Of a DNA stretch of 64,000 bases, positions 46,801 through 59,894 are shown one piece after another. This DNA is from Rhizodiscina lignyota (lineage: Eukaryota). The stretch spans positions 744,001-808,000 of the forward strand of contig ML978128.1 of assembly GCA_010015805.1 (NCBI GenBank), in the 5' to 3' direction. The notes beneath the pieces are model-generated. The model saw only the letters and a list, made by a program, of their open reading frames with translations. It ran no database searches and was not told where the DNA came from. Numbering within the stretch: position 1 is the first letter of the stretch; each line of letters starts with the position of its first letter. Both the position numbers and the translations under genes were made by a program.

Positions 46801-48519
46801 TCACAATCCCTGAAAAGAATGAACGAAGCCCTCTGCATCCCTTCGAGACGTAAACGATAAGCGAAATCTCCCTGCGAATTGCGGAGGGCTGTACGAATGG
46901 CAGAAGATAAATGGCCGCAAGGTCTCCAGCTCGATAACGGTTGGTGCAATCCTGCATAACCAGTGCCGAGCACCAATCCATTCGGTGATGAAAGCGGTCC
47001 AGATGGGAGTTCCAACCATTGGACCTCGTCGAGGAGATGTCTCCAACCTGACAGCTCCCGTATCTTCGTCGCGCCACATGCGGAGGAGGTGAAGGTAGTT
47101 GTCGTCTTCGATCTCACCACTGTACTCCAGGAACTCACCTGGAACAAAGTCATCTAGACGACGGGATGGACGGTATCCTCCATCTTGGCGCTTGAGTGCA
47201 ACAAAAGCAGAGTAGAAGAGAATGAGCTGTTCGTACGCTGGAAAGTAAAGGTTTGCCCAGGTCTGATAACCCCCTTCGCCAGGATCAAGTCGGTTGAGCT
47301 GAAGGCGAGAGCCAATTCTGACGAGTTTAAGCCCAGTCAGAGGCATGCAGCGGTGAAGCGTTCTGCCTTCCTCATCTCTCATGGAGAAGAGGATCCGCGC
47401 TCGATGATCTGTATCGCGCCAGAAGAAGCGGGCGTGAACTGAAGTGTCGCGAAAAGAATATCTGAGGACTTCGACAAAGCCATCGGCGCGAAGAGAATCT
47501 CGAGCACGTATATCAATTCGCCCGTAGCACCTGGTGCTGCACATTTTATGGTCAGCACGATGATATACGAATTATAGTATCCTTGACCTACGGCGCTCCT
47601 GGGTCGTTTAAAGGCGTTCTTGGGCATGAGACTGTGAATATTCGCGTCGCCCAATGCATCTGATAGCCATTGCCGTTGGGTGAGCCAGAAGACCAAGACG
47701 ACCATGTGTACTCCGATGTATCGGAGAATGTTGGAGAAGAAATTACCTCCGGCACTGGCGGAGGCACCGGTGCATCATATTGTGGCGGAAATGGCGCAGG
47801 TAGAGCGAACGCAGGGTAGGTTGAGGAATGATGCATTGGTGGCCGTATCCGACGTGGCACTGGATAATCCCAAGGGGCTATCACGTTAGTGTCGTTGGAC
47901 TGGGCAGACATCGAAGGTGTAGCTTACCGGACTCGATCATGTAAAAGTCACCACTTCTCATATCGATCGGATCCTGATGGTGCAACAGTTGAGTCAAACG
48001 ACGGCGCAAAGTTTCCATGAGATCAGGATCCGAACGGTGCCTGGCAGTCCCGTTAGCATACAGCCCTATCAACGTGGACAGGTTGGGATACCTTCTAACT
48101 CCATCGAGGATTGTTTTAAGGAAGGTATTATACATCTCCAATCTTGCGTACATACTACAACCCTCCCTTCTGAATTTGTTCTCCAGGTCCTCCCACAGCA
48201 GCCGATATGGAGGCCGCCCCGACCACGTGGTACGAAGAGTCTGTTGGAACAGCACTCGATCGAGACATTTGTGAGTTTGCGAGATGCTGTTGAGCACAAG
48301 ATTAACATCGACCCAGATTATTCTCGGTACTTCGTTTGAATGGGAAAACTCCTCAGAGAGACAGCGATCAACATCTCTGAGGGCGCCCGCGACCTCGATG
48401 AGCCATTGCATGTTAGATGCAATGTCGGCATGGCGCTGAGGAACCTCGTCTACGAACCTCTGCAGCGCAGACGCATCGTCTTCGGCGGCCTCGGCCTGGC
48501 GGCGGAGTGAAAGGGCCAT
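46801..48519 (-). CDS. Hypothetical protein with helical N-terminal domain and beta-rich C-terminal region, multi-exon
   Basis: Three co-oriented ORFs (47881-48555, 47588-47911, 46801-47544) are linkable by GT-AG introns and have globular composition (LYFPAYEQLILFYSAFVALKRQD, GEIEDDNYLHLLRMWRD, PIWTAFIT). Confidence 0.72.
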
Positions 48520-50207
48520 TGCGCAATGAGCTGCCGCCGTCTCATGATAAACCAACGAGTGTAGTGCTTGCTTCTCGGAACGCTGTCGGAATGGCGCTCA
48601 GTTGTAATTGAACGCGCAAAACGATAGTTCCCAAAGCGGAGGTATCTAAGTTTAATAAGCCCGTGCCCTTAGAGATTGCGGCTCTTAAAGTATGGGGCGC
48701 ATTGACGTGGCATAAGGAAAGCCAGGATATTGTAATCGGCTGCTCTCGTCACCGGTCAAGAGCTCATTGAAGCCGTGCATATGCATCAAGACCAAGATTG
48801 CCTTAGGGCGTATAGCTTGATCTGCAGTGCATCGTGCTTCATCGTGACAGCGCACCAGATAGAAAGAACACAGCCAGCAACAACGACACTATAAGAGACA
48901 GAAGAGATGATAAACTGATGAGACGACTGAATTAGACATTTTGTCAATGAAAGGAACCATCGGAACTATCGAGTTTAAGTGTCTTGAGGCATCAGCCCTA
49001 GCGTCTGGGTTGCATAACACTTGTTGCAGCACGGCAGACATTTTTCGTGCACTGCTGACCAACCATTGTGACAGGGGACTACAGATTATCACGATATATA
49101 GTCAGAAGTCTCGCCGCAGGTATTCTGAAGTGGATTTGGTTGATATCTGCCTCAGATGGTCTGTATTGTCGTCAGTGTCTGAGGCTACCAGGAACCAATG
49201 ACCTAACCTTATGACAGAACGAAATGAGACAAAATACGCATGACCCGGCTACATGGTCCTTGTCTCAAGGCAGCAGCAACGCAAGGAGGGTTTGCAATGA
49301 GAAACAAGTCCTGGGAGACTCGATGCTTATATACTGATGAAAAAGGGTGCCATGCGGTCGGCAGAGGAGGAAATCCTTGGGGCTGAACCGCTTGGCAAGC
49401 AGTAGAGCTTTTGCAGTGACACGCCCTTGCAAAAAGATTATCTTGACACACTCACTCACTTTCTAAAATATCCTTATTGATATGCAGTAGTCTTCTTTTT
49501 CCATGCTATTTGCAGCATTTCACTGTCGAGTAAATTCTTGTCAATCTGATGTTAGAATGGAATTGCTTTCCAGTCACTCCAGGACTGCTGCCTTCAAATA
49601 CGAGACCGAGTATATACGATTCTTTTTGACCTTTAATACAGCTCCGAATGTCCTCCTTGAGGTTCCTATTGGATACCAAAGCTGGAGCTTGTATTGATTT
49701 CTTATTTTTCTGTAATATTTCCCTCTCCCTGGAAATTGCCTCTCTTTCCAGATCTATTGGCTTCTCGCACAATACAGACTGTACAGTTGATTACTTACTT
49801 GATGCCATGCTTGAAGCCAATGCATTTGAAGTTACAACATCATTCACCGGTATATTTGGTACACCCTTGATGGATACCACCTCAGATCTCCGCAAGCCAA
49901 GCATTAGATTCAATCATAGACACCGTCGGATTTCAGGGGCTATGCAAGGTACCACCAAGTTACCCAAAAAGAAGACGAGAAGTTCGTCAACGTCAAAATA
50001 TACGAAACCGTACTCGAATTGCTCTGATTTGGAGATGGATGTGCTGAAGATATACGAACAAGCTTCTAGCTGGCAGGCTCAGGGCAAAGTCATCGCGGAA
50101 GTGAAGGATCTAGATATAAAGGCGGATTGGCTTCCCTCGGGCATCTCAGAGGGAGTTCTGGCATATCAGCGTAATAACATCATTAATCGAATACCGTAGT
50201 ATAATTA

Positions 50208-51020
50208 TCAGCCCTTCAACTTCTCATCCACGATCCTCTGAACCATCTTCTCTAGTATGGCAATGTCTCCACCACCAGCTTTCGCTTCAAAATACCCTGC
50301 AACGCTCTTCTCCACATACTTGCCAACCATATCAACCTCGACATTCACCTCTTCGCCGGCCTTCTTCGCCGCCGTCACCACCCTCTCTTGCGTATATGCA
50401 ATCAGCATAACCTCCCACCACCCTTCCGTATCGTCCACCGCTGTGACCGTCAAGCTCGCGCCATCCAGTGTGATGAATCCCTTCTCCACCACATATCGTA
50501 GCACCCCCTTATCCCGCGGCTGCAGCCTGAACGTCAGTGCATTGCCGTCCGGCGTCACAGAGAGGATGGTGGCAATTGAGTCGACATGGCCTTGCACAAA
50601 GTGGCCACCCATTCGCGTCGCGGCGGACACGGCACGCTCGATATTTACGCCCGAGTCCTGTTTGAGGGAGCCTAGGTTTGTACGGCGAAGAGTCTCGGGC
50701 GCGACGCCGACTTTGAAGGATGTTTTGTCGAATTCTGTTACCGTGAGGCAGGCGCCTAGGCACGATGTGAGCGTCTTATTGAAGCATTTGGACAGTTCAC
50801 AAACCATTGACAGATATACTGTCACCGAGATGACAGTCTCCCAGGATTTCCTCTACATTTGAGATTGTCAAAGAGGTCCCGCCTCCTCCGCTAGCTGTTG
50901 TGTCGAGCTCCTCTAACGCAGCGACGGCTGGCTGCAGGTTAGTTTAGCTGTGGGAATCCCATCTGGCATTGATTTTGGTTCACACTCACTTCCTACCACC
51001 TCGACAATGCCTGTAAACAT
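50208..51020 (-). CDS. RIB5: Riboflavin synthase
   Basis: Hallmark MFTGIVE N-terminus at 51020, plus GACLTVT, VNIERA, MGGHFVQGHVD, KGFITLDGASLTV and VNVEVD; 2 introns. Confidence 0.96.
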
Positions 51021-51232
51021 GATTTTAGATTCAGGTCAAGATGCGTCTGGTTCTATATAGAAAAGTAGGAGCTTCGGCGGCTTGTGCCTAGGCTTTCGGC
51101 CAGCCGCCATCGGCGGGGCGCCCGACGACGGATTTCCAGCATCCATTTAAAGAGCACTTCGTGCCTCGCGAGTGCCTTCCTCTGATCTTTTGAAAGTGAG
51201 GTAGGATGATTCTGAGGTGATTCCAAGTCCCA

Positions 51233-52757
51233 ATGGCTGCTCTCAGATCCTTCCGGCGCCTTTCCATAGCTTCTCGTACTCTTTCGTCTTTTCGTCAACC
51301 ATGGCGGGCAAGCTCGCGAGCGTTTGCTTCAGTGTCAGGGGCACCCGATCCTGCCAACCTGCCATTGGCAGGAATAAGGGTTCTTGATATGACCAGAGTA
51401 CTGGCAGGAGTAAGAGCTGTGCTGGTATTTATATTCAGTTTAGATTCTGACATCTTCTCTTAGCCATATTGCACACAAATATTGGGCGATCTTGGGTATG
51501 GCACGCGACTCTAGTATGGCGCCTCCGTCGAGGTTGTCCAATGTGTTCAAGAGCTAATGTGGGATTGAACGTAAAGAGCAGAGGTCATCAAAATCGAACA
51601 TCCCATCCGAGGGGACGACACTCGCGCCTGGGGACCTCCATATGCCACATACAGCAACTCTAGCCATAGCGGACCCGGAGAAGCGGCATATTTCCTGTCT
51701 GTGAACCGCAACAAGAAATCTGTCGGTCTCTCTTTCGCGCACCCAGCAGGTGTCGACATCCTGCATAAACTCGCTGCGGACTGCGATGTGCTGGTGGAGA
51801 ACTACCTGCCTGGCGGACTGAAGAAGTACGGAATGGACTACTCCACGCTAGCCAAAGTGAATCCGCGACTCATTTACGCATCAATCACTGGCTACGGACA
51901 AACTGGGCCATACAGCAACCGCGCTGGGTACGACGTGATGGTAGAGGCTGAATTCGGGCTAATGCACATCACCGGCGAGCGTGATGGGTCACCAGTGAAG
52001 GTGGGCGTTGCCGTCACAGATCTGACAACAGGCTTATACGCGAGCAATGGAATCATGGCGGCCTTGATTAATCGAGGAAAGACTGGACGAGGACAGCATA
52101 TCGATCTAGCGTTGAGTGACTGCCAAACTGCGACCCTGGTGAATATCGCATCGAGTGCGCTTATTAGCGGAAAGAAAGACTCTGGACGGTGGGGGACAGC
52201 GCATCCAAGCATCGTCCCGTATTGTGCTTTCAAGACCGCTGATGGCGATATTCTCGTCGGTGGGGGTAACGACCGACTGTATGGTATTTTGTGTGATAGG
52301 ATCAAGAAGCCAGAGTGGACCAAGGATGAGCGATTTACGACGAATGCTCTGAGAGTCAAGAATCGAGATGTCCTGGAGGCGATGATTGGGGATATTATAA
52401 AGACGAAGACCACTGCTGAGTGGTTGCAGATACTGGAGGGATCCGGCATGCCGTATGCGCCAATTAATGATATCCAGACTACTCTTAATCTTGAACACAG
52501 TATGTCTATACCAGCTCATGGAATGTTATAGCTAATGATTTGCAGCACAAGCACGAAATATGGTAGTCGAAGTCGAACATCCTGCTTGTGGGACTATGAA
52601 GCTCGTTAATACTCCCGTCAAATATTCAGAATCGAAACCGAGCATCCGCACACCTCCTCCAACATTAGGACAGCACACGGACGAAGTCCTGTCAGACCTG
52701 TTAGGTATGAGCACCTCAGACATAGATAAACTGCGGCAAGAAGGAGTCGTAGCGTGA
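51233..52757 (+). CDS. Family III CoA-transferase (CaiB/BaiF; SUGCT-like), mitochondrial
   Basis: [59 protein letters not shown] and PPPTLGQHT; 3 introns. Confidence 0.94.
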
Positions 52758-52876
52758 ATAGATTTCCTGTAACAACCAAGACATGTTTATTCTTCCCACT
52801 CCCCTTCAACGCTTTACTTCCCGACGAACTTTAACTATGACTGATAGTATTTGACGCGTCATGAGGCATACCGACT

Positions 52877-54634
52877 TCAGACAATCCGTCTTCCAAGCCG
52901 ACGATTCTCTCTCTGCCGCTTGACCTTCATCGCTTCCCGTCGTCTCTTTTTCCAAGCTCTGTTCGTCTCGCCTCGGTGCTCCCAGAACCACTTGGAAAAC
53001 TCGCTCTCTTCCTTCTCTCCTTCCCTTGCATTGCCCGCTCCTCCACCCTGCTCCATCTCCTCATCATCATCTGTGTCGTCATCGTCTGCATCGTCCTCTT
53101 CGACATCCGCCATCATCTTGTCTTCCTCTACATCTTGTGCTTCATCCTCCTCCTCGATCTCTTCCATCGCTCCCAACTCCATGCCGAATGTAAACTTCTT
53201 CTCCCCAACTGCCGTATCCGGCTCCGGAGCAGCGCTCCTCAGGCCGCGCCATTCCATATCACGCCTTGTGTGCGGCGTCACTGGTGGTTTGAGAGTGAGG
53301 CTCGTCTTTCCGGGTGTTTCAGCACCTGCTTCGGCATTCTCGCCTTCGGCACCATCATCGACGTCCTCAGCGAAGAAGCTGAACGCTGTGCGAGATGTGT
53401 CGATGGCGAGCGGTTTCGTTGGCGAGGACTTGGTAGAAGAAGGGTTGGGTCGTTTGAACAGAGCCTCCAGAGGATGAACTGCCTTGGGTTCGGTGGCGGA
53501 GAAAGGCCCAGCGGAGTCGATTTTCAGTCCGATTTTGCTATTCTCTTGGAGGGGCACCTCATTTGCTTGAGTAACCAGGGAATCTGCCCCCGCTATGGTC
53601 GGCGTCTCTATATGGTCTGGGGTAGGCTCGTCCGCTTCGCTCTGTTTATTCCCTTGATTTCGTTGATTTTCTGGCTCCTCCTCGGCGATGGCGTCCGTGA
53701 TAGGCTTGTCTTTTTGCTTGTCTTTTTCGCTTCGCTTCTTTTTCTTTTCTCTTCGACTCTTCGTTTCCTCTTCGACGATATTGTTGTCCCCGTCAATCCA
53801 TCCTTTTCCATCAATATATTCCGCTACTGGTTTGCTTTTTCCGGCAACTGAGTCTTCCTTTAAAAAGCTAGCTTGCTTCTTGGTATTCTGGAACTCGTGG
53901 ACTACAATATCGTTGCTTGGTTTCTTCTTCTTCTTTTCTTTCTTCTCTGTCTTGTCCTTCTTGGCCTTTTCGGTTGACTCTTCCATGGCCTTTGTAGCGG
54001 CTGCTGTTGGAGGCAAGGTTGTACGAAATAGCATCTCCGGCTCCTTAGTGTACTTTGACTTCTCTCGCTTCTCCTTCTTCTCCTTCTTGCTATTATCCTT
54101 GGAAGTCTTCTTAGATTTTCGATCCACTTCTGGCTCCGTCCAGCCACGCTTGACACTCCGCCCTTCCGGCAATTCAATCCCATCATGCACCTTCTCTGTG
54201 AATTTTCGTTTCTTCATCTTCTTTTTCTCGGCCTTCTCAACTTCCATTCCACCCTCCTCCTCTGCGGCCCCGTCCGCATCATCTCCCCGCCTCTTTCTCT
54301 TCTCCGGCCTTGCATCCTGAATCTTGACCTTTTCGCCCTTCAACATCGCACCATTGAGTCTCTTCTTCAGCTTCTCTGCTTGTGTCTTCGGCATCTCGAC
54401 GTATCCGAAGCCCTTTTCAGGAAATGTCTGCAGACTATGGTACGATATGTTGCTCACGTGCGGGTGCAAGCTCGGAGCGATGATCTTTGAGTAAAGTTCA
54501 GGTGTAAATGGGGTAATATGAATTCGTACTTGAACTTCCGAAGTCTGCTGCGAGTCGCCAGAGGTCAATTGGGAGGAGGTATTGCTGACGGGTGCGATGA
54601 AGGCAGGTTGTACGGAAGATGTAAGCGCTGGCAT
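52877..54634 (-). CDS. Nucleolar RRM protein, NOL8/Nop8-like
   Basis: N-terminal RRM (GFGYVEM..KLKKRLNGAMLKGEKVKIQDARP), Lys/Glu-rich middle and C-terminal FWEHRGETNRAWKKRRREAMK. The start codon is uncertain. Confidence 0.72.
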   Translation of the reverse strand: MPALTSSVQPAFIAPVSNTSSQLTSGDSQQTSEVQVRIHITPFTPELYSKIIAPSLHPHVSNISYHSLQTFPEKGFGYVEMPKTQAEKLKKRLNGAMLKGEKVKIQDARPEKRKRRGDDADGAAEEEGGMEVEKAEKKKMKKRKFTEKVHDGIELPEGRSVKRGWTEPEVDRKSKKTSKDNSKKEKKEKREKSKYTKEPEMLFRTTLPPTAAATKAMEESTEKAKKDKTEKKEKKKKKPSNDIVVHEFQNTKKQASFLKEDSVAGKSKPVAEYIDGKGWIDGDNNIVEEETKSRREKKKKRSEKDKQKDKPITDAIAEEEPENQRNQGNKQSEADEPTPDHIETPTIAGADSLVTQANEVPLQENSKIGLKIDSAGPFSATEPKAVHPLEALFKRPNPSSTKSSPTKPLAIDTSRTAFSFFAEDVDDGAEGENAEAGAETPGKTSLTLKPPVTPHTRRDMEWRGLRSAAPEPDTAVGEKKFTFGMELGAMEEIEEEDEAQDVEEDKMMADVEEDDADDDDTDDDEEMEQGGGAGNAREGEKEESEFSKWFWEHRGETNRAWKKRRREAMKVKRQRENRRLGRRIV

Positions 54635-54984
54635 CGGTCCCGATGGTTTCTCTAGACGCGGTGAGAGCGCAGCTAGATACGAGCTTTCATTATGTCGGCG
54701 CAATAAATCGCCGTCCTTTTGCGGGAGCCAGCAGAGGCAATTATATTATGATTTAAAAATTAAGAGGCTGGTGAAGCTTTTCCGCAAAATCTTCCGCACT
54801 GTTGAAGAAAAAGGACCCCAGCTGGCCCAAGCTTTTCTGGGCGCGGGAGATCGCCGCTGAGGCTGCGATTTAGCGGAGCATTCCCATCAGCACAAACGCG
54901 TTTCACCGACTTGATTACCGTCCTTCCTCTCCCTTCTCCTCAATCCTTCTCCTCTCCTTCTGTCTCGAGAACTTGGAAGAAACA

Positions 54985-55613
54985 ATGGCAGCCTCAAAGC
55001 GGCCGTCATTCCTCCTAATCTGCTTCATCTTCCTCAACCTCACTGCACTCTCTCTCGCAGCATGTATGTACTCGTCTTAATCTTAGAACTAGAACCCCAC
55101 AGCTGACACTTAGACCTTGGAGCGTCCTCCGCATTCTGCAAATGCACTTGCTTCGGCAATAGCACCATCATCGACCTGATCGGCGGCACGACGACCTCTC
55201 CGAGCTCCTCCGAGAAGAACAAGAAGTTTGACAAGACGTGCAACGATTGCACGAAGAAGCTGTGCCTCGATTACCACCTGCCCATATGCAAGGGTGCAGA
55301 GGATGAGGATGTATTCACACAATGTTTCTGTACGTGGGCAACCTCTAGAATGGCTAAGAGACTAGATCTATATGAAGATATATTGCTGACAAAGACCATC
55401 ACAGGGCGAGACTCCGCGAAAGACCAGGCGGTGGTTTTCATCTTCATCTTCGCTACAGTGGGACTACTCATATACGCTGGCATAAAGCCATGGATAGACA
55501 ACTGGATAGAGGTAGGCATTAGGCCTTACGCTTTCTCGCACATTTGTTGACCTACTCAGAAATATCGCGAGAGACGCCAATACATCCCTATCTCCGGTCA
55601 GGGCAATCAGTAG
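54985..55613 (+). CDS. Small type-I membrane protein with Cys-rich luminal domain, 4 exons
   Basis: Signal peptide MAASKRPSFLLICFIFLNLTALSLA; FCKCTCF..CNDCTKKLCLDYHLPICKG..CF; RDSAKDQAVVFIFIFATVGLL TM helix; three GT-AG introns. Confidence 0.8.
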
Positions 55614-55664
55614 CTTCATTGGCCAGCTCGGCCCATGTTGCAAATATATTGTTGGACAGATTGG

Positions 55665-56955
55665 CTACAGTTTCAGACTCCGGATATCCGCCGACGTTTC
55701 GGTGCCCTCGATGAGCTCACTCAGTGCCTTTCCAGTCCCGACAGAGAGTGCTATGCCCCAGGGCCCATGACCCGCAGCGAGGAAGACGCCTCCATTACCG
55801 TCTCCCTTGGTCTTCAGCCCGTCGCCAAGCTTCGAATCAGCTATACGAGATATGATCGGCGTGCCCATCCGCGTTACTGGACGGAAACACAGCCCCTCTC
55901 TCAGCACCTCGAGATCATCCTGTTCTCCCTCAGGCAGCCCGAGCATATTCCTCGCGACAACCTTCAGCCGCTGTATGGAGTCTGGATCGATCTTGGCGTC
56001 TGCACCTGTCTTTGGTAGCTGCAAATCTGCGTCGTTTAGGCCGGCGATGTATATCTCCCCGCCAATGCGGCTGAATATCTCAGGCGAGAAACCATCAGTC
56101 TCCGTGGAGAAGACAGCATGGCAGCCTTTGTCTTCATGCTCTTTGCTCCACCGCGGGCTTCTCAATACCAAACTATGACCAGCCAGGCTCGTCACCGGTA
56201 TCCGCGTATTGGACTTCGGGAAGAGTGTGCTGAAGACAGCGGGACTCCATGCGCCTGATGTGATAGCAAGTCGCGAGCAAGGGATGTCTGTCTCAGTGCC
56301 GTCCTTCTCCGACCGTATCTTCACGCTGGAGATATTCCCCTCTGCATCCTTCGCGATAGTGACCGCCCTCACAGGATGATGCAGCTTAACCCCTCTCTTC
56401 AAACTCTCTTCCAGCAAGAACTGAGACAGTTTCAATGGATCTACTTGGGCAACCGTGTCATCCTCGCTGATGACTTCCAGTCGATCGCCCTTTTTCTTCG
56501 TTAACCACGCTGCTCCTTCGCCCTCGCGAAACTCGTGAAAAGCAGCAGCCTCTGCGCGACTAGATCCAGTACGCAACCAGTCGTACCTGTTCCCACTGCC
56601 AGAGGTCCTACTCTGGCTGAGCGATGTGCCGGTGCTACGGCTATAGCCCCATTGCTCACGACCATTATGCTGTTCTGCAAGGGACTTGTGAAGACGAAAG
56701 GAGAGTGCGCCGAGCGCAGCAACAGGAGGCGCGAACCCTACGAATTTCAATGTCAGATAGCAATGGAATTGGATGGTCAATTGGCGTACAGTCTGCAGCC
56801 AGAAACCCGGCCGCAAGGCCAGAAGCGCACTTGAAGAGCTCTGGACTTGCTTCGACGAGATGAATGCTCTGCGGAGATGTCCGTTGCGATTCACTTAGAT
56901 AGTACGCCGTCGCGCATCCAATGATGCCCGCGCCGATAATAACAGTGTCTGGCAT
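55665..56955 (-). CDS. FAD-dependent oxidoreductase, DAO family (Tda3-like)
   Basis: IIGAGIIGCATAYYL, ASGLAAGFLA, AQVDP, LCFRPVT and AAGHGPWGIALSVGTG; one intron near 56738-56790. Confidence 0.92.
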
Positions 56956-57265
56956 GCCTGAGAGTCACCCAAGCCCTCTTCTGAAATGTGTTTGTAACGG
57001 CAGAGCACTTTTAAGGCAATTGTTCATCGTGAATGCGTTTAGAGCAGATGATAACCCAAGTTCCTGCAGGAGGACATCGCACCCGCGAGTGCCCCACTAC
57101 ACGAGGTGGGGCACGAATGCGGCCGCGTGAGGTAATTGGAATCTCTCGGCAGGAGATCGGTGCCATGCAAGCGATCTCGGGACTATCACCGCGAAAACTG
57201 TGGGATTTTGCAATCGCTGGAATTGGGATTTTCCTTGTGTTTCATACAGCTGTTCGGCGTTCATA

Positions 57266-58190
57266 ATGGCAGGAAAGGGTAAAGTCATCATATTGACCGG
57301 CGCTTCAAGAGGTTCAACTGCACTAAATTCCAATCACAAAGATATTGTCTAATAAACATGGCTAGGAATTGGGCTGGCTATCGCACAGTACCTTCTCAAA
57401 CAACAATGCAATCTCATCGTGACGGCCAGAACTCAGGGCGCGCTCGAGAAGCTGAGCGATGAGTACCCCGGCCAGGTCGAATGCCTGGTAGGCGACATGG
57501 CAGACATGTCCACGGGACCGAAAGCAGTCGAGCTCGCAAAGTCGAAGTTTAAGACGCTGGATGGGTTGGTAATCAATCACGGCGTTCTCGAGCCGATGGA
57601 GAGGATCGCGACGGGAGATGTTCAAGAGTGGAGGAAGGCGTTTGATATTAATTACTTCTCTGCTGTCTCTTTGGTAATCAAGTCCTTTTGTCGACCAGTT
57701 TTATAAGTGGGTACTGATCTATGGCAGGCCCAAGCCGCCCTGCCAGCATTGCGCGCCTCCAAAGGGCGAGTTATCTTTGTATCTTCCGGCGCAGCGACCG
57801 ACGCATACGCGACATGGGGCGCATACGGCAGCTCGAAGGCCGCGATGAACCATCTGAACATGACATTAGCGGTTGAAGAACCCGATGTTACCTTTGTGTC
57901 TATCCGTCCTGGAACCGTCGATACTGCCATGCAGGTGAAGCTTCGAGGCGACTACAACAGCAAGATGGACAAGAAAGATGCCGAGCACTTTGCTAATCTG
58001 CCGAACAACGGGAAGCTATTGCGAACGGACCAGCCAGGAAACGTCATCGCGAAGCTGGTAATAGATGCGCCGAAGGACCTCAGCGGGCAATTCCTCGCGT
58101 GAGTTATAGTTGAGATGCGCGGTGAATAAATTTTGCTGACAACATCACAGTTGGAATGATACTGAGGTCTTGGCGAAATATCAGGAGTGA
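57266..58190 (+). CDS. Short-chain dehydrogenase/reductase (IRC24/YIR035C, sepiapterin reductase-like)
   Basis: ILTGASRGIGLA, INHGVLEP, VSSGAA, WGAYGSSKAA (YxxxK) and IRPGTVDTAMQ; 3 introns. Confidence 0.93.
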
Positions 58191-59311
58191 TCGGCTGTCA
58201 ACTCTATTCGTATCTACGTCTTTGACTCTATGACTCTGCAGTTAGCAAATGCCTTCAAAACATTTGTTGGACGGATGTAACGCTGGTACATAGATTCAGC
58301 CGAAAGATGAAAAGACTGGAACATTTGTTCGGCATCGAGCGTGAACTCTAAGTCTTAGCATGGAATGTTTTGTGCTCATCATGAGAGTACTGCAGAAACT
58401 GGACATGTTACTTACTCGAAGTTACATCAAATAGCCTATTCCTTGCCCTGTGATCCCATTTCGTGTCAGAAATAGAACGTTTAGATTCTTCGAAATCTCG
58501 CATATGAAGCCACGATTGTTCAGGTAATCGAACCATAAGATTGCTCCTCATGAGTATGTCGGAATTTGATAGTACATAGTTTGCTCATCATGTAGATAAT
58601 GTAGGGTAAAAGATATTGGGATCAAGTCGTACCTAGAAATCTTCCATACGTAAGCTTATTGCATCAAAGGAAGTCATTCAACAGTGTGCGTAATAGACAA
58701 GATTCAGAAAGTACCGTTTGGCTTGGTAGGTCAATCACCACAGAAAAGTCTGATAGGGGCGACACGAAAGTTCATCATTGAAAAAACGAGAAAAGGAAGT
58801 GTAGCTTCGACGTACCTGCACGGGATCAAGAGATGGATCAGATGGAGCTCCTGCTTCCAATACGTGCTGCATTATACCCCAAGCGGTAGCCTCTATTAGT
58901 ATATTAACATGAAGGCCGTCGTTGGTCCATTTATCCAATGCGGCTGGGCGTTTAGGATACTCTGAATGTAAGAGTTTGTGTGGAGTTGGGGCATGAGCTG
59001 CGGTGAATCTTTTTGAGGATTTTTCGGAGTGGCCAAAGCTTCCGGGGCTAGCCGTATAAGGTAGGGCGTACTTTGTGTGGCTTGAGCTTCCCTTGATCGA
59101 TCTTGTCGCTACGAGTCGTGCATATTTAAGAGCTCCATCTTTCCCACCTTCGAGCCTGCCACGGAACTCGCAAAACCCAACTTTGCATTCAACATCTACA
59201 ACCCTCGCGAAACCAGCGATTCCATCTGATCTTGCACGCGAACAACGCGTTTAATTCTCAGAACCTCCTTAAAATTCACAATACTCTACCAACCCAGCCC
59301 CCACCAACATC

Positions 59312-59894
59312 ATGTCGGATCGCGAAGGCTATGGAGGTATGTCGAGTGATTCATAGCGCAATAATAATCTTCACCTCCAGATATCTTTATCCATTTTCTC
59401 GCAAAGACTGACACAGTCAGGTCCAGGCAACGACGACCTATCTCTACCCAAGGCAACTGTCCAGAAAATCATCACCGAAATTCTCTCTAATGATTCCGGA
59501 GTCGCATTTGCACGAGAAGCTCGCGACCTGCTGATCGACTGCTGCCTCGAATTTGTACAGATGGTATCTTCACAGGCGAACGAAATCGCAGAGAAGGAGG
59601 CCAAAAAGACCATTGCGTGCGAGCATGTCACCGGCGCATTGGATGAACTCGGCTTCTCTGACTACATACCGGAGCTGTTGAAGGTGGCGCAAGAGTACAA
59701 GGTGCAACAGGCGGTGAGTTTCAGCTTGGTGAAAGAACAGGTGTTGAACGGGATGCTAATGCTCGGCCTAGGGACGAGAACGGAAGCAGGACAAGATCGC
59801 GCAGAGTGGAATGACCGAAGAGGAGCTGATCCGCCAGCAAGAAGAGCTCTTCAGGTCTGCGACGGACAAATTCAACGCTGCTCCACAGACTTGA
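59312..59894 (+). CDS. NCB2: Negative cofactor 2 beta subunit (Dr1)
   Basis: Histone fold DDLSLPKATVQKIITEI..FAREARDLLIDCCLEF..SSQANEIAEKEAKKTIACEHV, with C-terminal SGMTEEELIRQQEELF; 2 introns. Confidence 0.95.

Noticed and set aside
46277..47153. 266-aa and 175-aa minus-strand ORFs overlapping the 46801-48519 gene end
   Set aside because: Alternative frames with non-protein-like composition.
49648..50199. 183-aa ORF convergent with RIB5
   Set aside because: AT-rich, no recognisable domain or clear gene structure; it could be a relic but cannot be supported.
52851..54490. Long plus-strand ORFs opposite the NOL8-like gene (similar shadows lie opposite TRF4, RIB5, ERG6 and the propeller gene)
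   Set aside because: Antisense shadows caused by codon bias and low complexity.
58200..59000. AT-richer intergenic stretch, considered as a RIPed transposon or ncRNA
   Set aside because: No terminal repeats, transposase remnants or RNA-gene motifs seen.
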